Positions 59,363-64,000 of a DNA stretch of 64,000 nucleotides are shown here, one piece after another. The notes under the pieces are model-generated. The model saw nothing but the letters and a program-made list of their open reading frames with translations. It searched no databases and was not told where the DNA came from. Positions within the stretch are counted from its first letter, which is position 1; each line of letters begins with the position of its first letter. The DNA comes from Acidiferrobacteraceae bacterium (GTDB lineage Bacteria; Pseudomonadota; Gammaproteobacteria; Acidiferrobacterales; SZUA-150): positions 3,519 to 67,518 of the forward strand of contig QIGL01000102.1 of NCBI GenBank assembly GCA_003228915.1, read 5' to 3'. The position numbers and the translations under genes were made by a program.

Positions 59363-60004
59363 ATGCGAGCAATCATCACATTTAGTGTTTTAGTGATGTG
59401 GCTTGTTGCGCCTTCCTTATACGCGCAGGGCGACTTTAGCAGGGAAACCCCGAGATTTTATTTTGGCATTGACCTCCAAACCAACAGCACCAATTTCAGC
59501 CAATACGAAACTGATTATAGTGACGCATTAGGCGCCACCATCCCACTTACAATCAATGATTCATTTTCTAATGATGGCGAAGTTAGCGGGCTGGGACTAA
59601 AGTTCGGCTTTCACTTTACCAATTTTTTTGCTGCCGAAATCCAGTACGTCAAGGTTCAGGAAGTAGAGCTGGATACCGGGCAAAAATTTAACATAGATTT
59701 AATGACATCGGCGTTTTTGAGATTTGATCTCCCGTTTCGAAGTGTCGTGCCCTACGTAATCGCTGGCGGCACCTACATGAATTGGCGTTATGAAGATCCA
59801 ACCGGGGCAGGCCTGATAAAAATACGGGAGACATCTTTTGGGCCAGCATTTGGTGGCGGTGTTGAGATTTATGGCGGTGAATATACCGCGTTTAATATAA
59901 ACTGGACCCGTTATATGTTTAACCCTGACGGCCTGAATCACGATGCCATCAGCTTTGGCATTGTTCACTGGTTTGAATTTCCCAGTTTGTATCGAAGGTT
60001 TTAA
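59363..60004 (+). CDS. Small outer-membrane beta-barrel protein (OmpW/OmpA-barrel-like)
   Basis: Signal peptide ending SLYAQG; alternating amphipathic strands; C-terminal aromatic-rich segment; ggagataatt RBS. Confidence 0.6.
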   Translation: MRAIITFSVLVMWLVAPSLYAQGDFSRETPRFYFGIDLQTNSTNFSQYETDYSDALGATIPLTINDSFSNDGEVSGLGLKFGFHFTNFFAAEIQYVKVQEVELDTGQKFNIDLMTSAFLRFDLPFRSVVPYVIAGGTYMNWRYEDPTGAGLIKIRETSFGPAFGGGVEIYGGEYTAFNINWTRYMFNPDGLNHDAISFGIVHWFEFPSLYRRF

Positions 60005-60075
60005 TTCTCTCCCTGTCCAGCGTAGCTGGCCACACGAAAAAGTTTTATCAACTCCAGCGCCGCCTTATGCGGAAA

Positions 60076-61095
60076 CTAATCTGGTTTTTTACTATTTTTA
60101 ATTAAGGTTCTCAAATCTTTCATCATCCCGGGCAGCCTGCCAACACACGCCTGCTCTTTCATCACCTGCTTAATATTATGGGCAGGTATACCCCAAACCA
60201 TATCACCGGCTTCAACATCCCGGGCAACCCCTGATGCGCCAGCAATAATCGCAGCTTCACCAACCGTAACGTGATCAGAAATTGCCGAATTACCACCCAC
60301 AAGCACGCCCTTCTTGATAATTGCGCTGCCAGCAACGCCAGATTGTGCTGATATAGCGATGTGTTCGCCCAGGTCCACATTATGGGCAATCTGCACCAGG
60401 TTATCGAGTTTGGTGCCCCGCCCGATGCGGGTGACGCCAAACGTGGCCCGGTCAATACAAACATTACTGCCCATTTCTACGTCATCTTCAATCACGATAC
60501 TGCCAAGCTGTGGAATCTTGACCTGATTTTCACCGTCTCGGGCATAACCAAAACCATCGGCACCGACCACGGTACCGGCATGAATAATGACTCGATTACC
60601 CAGGGTGCACCTCGCCTGCAGGGTCACATTCGGACCGATCCGGCAATCCTCGCCTATGGTCACATTGACGCCAATATGACAGCCAGAATCAATACGGCAG
60701 CCTTTGCCTACTTTGACACCAGCGCGTATAACGACGCACTCAGCAATGGCCACATCATTAGCTATCTCGGTATCAGGATCAATGACTGCACTTTTATGAA
60801 CACCCTCTGCAGGGCCGTCATCTTCCTGGTACAAAACCATGATCTGTGCAAAAACCACTTTCGGGTTTTTTACTTTTAATAAATTTTTGTTTTTTGTCTC
60901 GGGAAAATCCTCACCAACAATAACCAACCCGGCAACTGATGCCGCAACTTGATCCTGGTGTTTATTCTTCTCGGCAAAGGTGATTTCGCCTGCTTTGGCA
61001 TGGTCCAGGCTATTGATGCCAGTCAAAATTGTTTCGTGGTCACCTATGAGTTCTCCCCCAAATTTTTCCTGGACTTCCCTGGCTGTAATTGACAT
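60076..61095 (-). CDS. lpxD: UDP-3-O-acylglucosamine N-acyltransferase
   Basis: 339 aa; N-terminal LpxD domain followed by many hexapeptide (LbH) repeats. Confidence 0.85.
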   Translation of the reverse strand: MSITAREVQEKFGGELIGDHETILTGINSLDHAKAGEITFAEKNKHQDQVAASVAGLVIVGEDFPETKNKNLLKVKNPKVVFAQIMVLYQEDDGPAEGVHKSAVIDPDTEIANDVAIAECVVIRAGVKVGKGCRIDSGCHIGVNVTIGEDCRIGPNVTLQARCTLGNRVIIHAGTVVGADGFGYARDGENQVKIPQLGSIVIEDDVEMGSNVCIDRATFGVTRIGRGTKLDNLVQIAHNVDLGEHIAISAQSGVAGSAIIKKGVLVGGNSAISDHVTVGEAAIIAGASGVARDVEAGDMVWGIPAHNIKQVMKEQACVGRLPGMMKDLRTLIKNSKKPD

Positions 61096-61367
61096 TGGTT
61101 TCTGCTTTGTTGTTGACGATTGGTAAATTTATATCAAATTTGGCCGTGGAAAACTAAAATTTTTCTTGTTCTTGGCTGATAGATCATAGGATTTTTTTAA
61201 CACTTTACCGCAATTTCAGTGAAAACTCAGGCCTAGAATTCTTCATGCCGTGACCTCTACTTTTGGCATCAGTTATAAAAGTGGGGGTAGTCTAATTTGA
61301 CCCCTTTTATTCTTTTAACACCTTTTTAAATTATCGGTGTCCCTTTATTCCAAATGGAATAAAAAAA

Positions 61368-61634
61368 CTAATCATCATGCAATTTTTCCTGCAACCATAC
61401 TTTTATCAGGGACTGATAGGGTACATCACGGGCATGTGCCGCTGATTTTATAGAGTCCAGAAGATGTTGAGGAAGGCGCAGCGAGATTGTTTTCGTTGTC
61501 GGTTTCAGGTTCGGCATAACCACCTGTCTTGCTTTATCCCAATCCAGGTAGTCTGAGGAATCATTTTGCTCCCAGAAGCGTTTTTCCTCTTCTTCACTTG
61601 CAAAGTGTGGTATCGCTTTAAGTCGTTTTTTCAT
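61368..61634 (-). CDS. brnA: BrnA-type antitoxin
   Basis: 88 aa; C-terminal ribbon-helix-helix-like ISLRLPQHLLDSIKSAAHARDVPYQSLIKVWLQEKL; overlaps the brnT stop. Confidence 0.8.
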   Translation of the reverse strand: MKKRLKAIPHFASEEEEKRFWEQNDSSDYLDWDKARQVVMPNLKPTTKTISLRLPQHLLDSIKSAAHARDVPYQSLIKVWLQEKLHDD

Positions 61635-61917
61635 ATATTGCTCGCTCTTTTTTGTGCATATCCCTGGCTGATATTACGCGAATATTTTTTCCAGCATGTC
61701 GCAGTGTAAACGTGATGTGTAATTGCCGTTTATCATCTGATTTACCTAATGCGTGGAAGCGGGGTTCCTGAGTATTGTGTTTGAAATCTTCCAGTATCAG
61801 TAATGGTGCATTGAAAAAAATCTGTTCCGCCTCCGCCATTGAAACACTGTGCTTTTCGTTCTTTCGGACGTTTCCTTCGTCCCAATCGAACCCCGTGATA
61901 TTCGCTAAACTTATCAT
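61618..61917 (-). CDS. brnT: BrnT-family ribonuclease toxin (DUF497)
   Basis: FDWDEGNVRKNEKHSVSMAEAEQIF matches the BrnT signature (F-WD..K...N..KHGV). Confidence 0.8.
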   Translation of the reverse strand: MISLANITGFDWDEGNVRKNEKHSVSMAEAEQIFFNAPLLILEDFKHNTQEPRFHALGKSDDKRQLHITFTLRHAGKNIRVISARDMHKKERAIYEKTT

Positions 61918-62227
61918 TAATGTATATTATGATAATATACAAAAATGATGAGGTCAATAGTCATGAACATACAACAAAGGGGACACCGATAACTTAAGCA
62001 TTAACCAACTCACCCCACTCTAATCCTTGTTGTTGGCTGTATTGCGCACCCCGTTTACTTGCCTTTGAGATTGCAGGTTGACTAATTCCCAGGTAATTTG
62101 CTATTCCTGTGGACAATTAAACCTCCCCCACTTCAACGGATACTTTTAATCAGAGACAATAGTCTCTCAAAGGAGTGCCCCTTCCTTTTGGCATCAGTTA
62201 TAAAAGGGGTGATTACCATGCCATATT

Positions 62228-62578
62228 TTATTTTTCTTGTTGTTTCGTTAATGCCTGTTCCAATTTTGGCAGATCCTGCTCCACGACACTCCAGATTGCA
62301 TCCAAATCAACGCCCAGATAATCATGAACAAGGATATTGCGAAATCCAGAAATTTCTTTCCAGGGAATATCCGGATAGGTCTTCTTTACATCACCAGCCA
62401 AACGCTGACTGGACTCCGCCATGACTTGCAAATTCCTGACGACGGCATCTTGCACTAAATGAGAGCTATAAAACTGCTCCTTATTTTCAACATACTCATC
62501 AATACGCTGGACACAGTCCAGCATGTGCTCAATATAAATCGAGTCGTCCTTCGTGGTCTCCTTACCTTTTCTATTCAC
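62228..62578 (-). CDS. hepT: HepT-family (DUF86) RNase toxin
   Basis: R-x4-H motif in GFRNILVHDY; 116 aa; 4-nt overlap with the upstream nucleotidyltransferase gene. Confidence 0.8.
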   Translation of the reverse strand: MNRKGKETTKDDSIYIEHMLDCVQRIDEYVENKEQFYSSHLVQDAVVRNLQVMAESSQRLAGDVKKTYPDIPWKEISGFRNILVHDYLGVDLDAIWSVVEQDLPKLEQALTKQQEK

Positions 62579-63177
62579 AGCGCTCTCGCTTCATGCAGCA
62601 CTTTATCTCTTATCCTGGGGTGCAATGATTTTTCTGTCACCACATCTACTTTGCGGTGAACAAGTTCAGATACATCAGCCAAGAACCCGCCCAGCGCCAA
62701 ACCCGATTTACCTTTTTCAATATCGACCAGCAAGTCCAGGTCACTATCCGACCGGGCTTCATTACGTGCCATCGAGCCAAACACCCGTACATTGCGGACA
62801 CCATTTTCACGTGCAATCGTTAATATCTGGCTCCGATATTGTTCAACAATGTTGTTCATCTTCGTTTGCTGGCCCTTGCTCTCCTCCATGACCTGGCCGG
62901 TGAGTTTCAGCAGCATCCGGCTCAACTCTTCATAAACCGGGCACTCGGTATTTGCACGATACTGAACCTGGTTGCCCACCGCCTTCTTCATCAACACGCC
63001 AGCCTCTGCCAACCGGGTCAACTCCTTATGCAGGGTACCGGCCACCGTCCCGGTTAGCCGGGCAATTTCCCGGACGTGATAATGCCTGTCAGGATGGAGT
63101 AGTAGTAAACCCAGAACACGCCTGCGATAATCCCTGAAAAGTAACTCTGCTAGTTTGGAAGACACGATAGACCTCAA
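62575..63177 (-). CDS. mntA: MntA-type nucleotidyltransferase antitoxin with N-terminal wHTH extension
   Basis: GSMARNEARSDSDLDLLVD (GS-x9-12-DxD NTase motif) in the C-terminal half; ArsR/MarR-like wHTH in the N-terminal half. Confidence 0.75.
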   Translation of the reverse strand: MRSIVSSKLAELLFRDYRRRVLGLLLLHPDRHYHVREIARLTGTVAGTLHKELTRLAEAGVLMKKAVGNQVQYRANTECPVYEELSRMLLKLTGQVMEESKGQQTKMNNIVEQYRSQILTIARENGVRNVRVFGSMARNEARSDSDLDLLVDIEKGKSGLALGGFLADVSELVHRKVDVVTEKSLHPRIRDKVLHEARAL

Positions 63178-63596
63178 GTGTTGCTTTACTTGCTACAATT
63201 GTAGCTATTATTGCTACATATTCAAGTTATCAACGATATTGCTCATGTAATCAGCTAGTTAGTAGATAGCATGCCATATTTCTATCCCGCTGAGACTTAC
63301 TTTTTAGTCCCCTCTGCTTTCAGCTCCTCAATCCACTCTTTCATCGCCTTGTCCAGCCACAGGCACTCGCTGCCTTTCATCCCCTTGGTGGTCACCGGGC
63401 GATAATTCAATCTGGTAGAAACAGAATAAATCAGAATGGGGAGCTGCCACCACTTTCAGAGGCGTATTGTGTGCTCTATGTAACACCAGAGAGAAAAACT
63501 GGCATAAAATACTGGATCACTAAAACCTTTGGCATGATGAAATGATTTATAAAAAGAGTCATTGATACCTGACCCGGGTTTTGATGAAGAAAAAAA

Positions 63597-63672
63597 TGGT
63601 GGGGCGTGCAGGAATCGAACCTGCGACCATCGGATTAAAAGTCCGGTGCTCTACCAACTGAGCTAACGCCCC
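63597..63672 (-). tRNA. tRNA-Lys (anticodon UUU)
   Basis: Reverse complement GGGGCGTTAGCTCAGTTGGTAGAGCACCGGACTTTTAATCCGATGGTCGCAGGTTCGATTCCTGCACGCCCCACCA folds as a cloverleaf; anticodon loop CTTTTAA; encoded CCA. Confidence 0.95.
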
Positions 63673-64000
63673 CGTAGCATTAACCGTGATAGTTAACTGT
63701 GGGGTAAATCGCCTGACCAGCAACTCTCTGTCTGGTCAGGATAGAACGCCTGAAAATATTCCCTGGTATTATTCAAGTTCCACAAAGGAAGGGAAAGACC
63801 AAAAACGGCGGCATTATCCAAGGCCAGTGGCGAACTGTCAATCAGATAAACTCAATCCACCTGGCCTTGTTAAACCAGCTTTTTTCGGTGGCTGTTTTAG
63901 CTTCCTTTTGGCAGCAATTTCATTTCTGCGAGAGAACGCCGCAAGGCCGCAAAAAAGCCGATGTCATCCATCAAGGCAAACTGAACTTTCATGGTCAGTG

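Noticed and set aside
60361-60879. 172-aa ORF antisense to lpxD
   Set aside because: The hexapeptide-repeat coding sequence generates long open antisense frames. There are no independent signals.
61261-62205. Integron-like gene cassettes with attC sites
   Set aside because: The shared 21-mer does not contain acceptable R'/R'' core sites (GTTRRRY / RYYYAAC), and no intI gene or attI is present. I kept it as a generic cassette-accretion hypothesis instead.
63900-64000. Possible small minus-strand ORF (MKVQFALMDDIGFF..., ~31 aa) at the window end
   Set aside because: It is too short, has no motif and no clear RBS, and cannot be evaluated at the window edge.

Overview
All calls come from reading the sequence and the ORF track, using motif and family recognition from memory. 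No homology search was run. The window looks like a chromosomal segment of a gammaproteobacterial sulfur-oxidising chemolithoautotroph. It carries a contiguous soxXYZAB cluster, tusA with a DsrE-family gene, and phosphoribulokinase. About 60 CDS and one tRNA-Lys(UUU) are supportable.

The housekeeping backbone includes deaD (5' partial), oxyR divergent from a peroxiredoxin-glutaredoxin fusion, mltF, htpG with a sigma-32-type promoter, purL, dapA-bamC, bcp, a pilT/U-family gene, a FadL-like outer-membrane protein and lpxD.

The accessory content falls into five groups:
- (1) A 1.6-8.1 kb island between deaD and oxyR holds vapBC, a strongly AT-rich two-gene cassette, and hipBA. The cassette encodes a 2-TM coiled-coil protein and a 704-aa P-loop NTPase with a Zn-ribbon and a wHTH. 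I could not assign either protein to a named family, and this cassette is my top candidate for an undescribed defence-like system. The hipBA module is bracketed by a duplicated 3' end of oxyR, which looks like an integration scar.
- (2) A four-gene MoxR AAA / VWA-metallopeptidase-like cluster includes two unknown proteins.
- (3) An AMMECR1-Memo-radical SAM trio is present.
- (4) A repeat-punctuated array of toxin-antitoxin cassettes (BrnTA, HepT-MntA, plus a gene remnant) lies next to tRNA-Lys.
- (5) There are two MITE-like elements, and several clusters of ATTCCC-N8-GGGAAT-type hairpin repeats.

No CRISPR array, rRNA, integrase or transposase gene was found.
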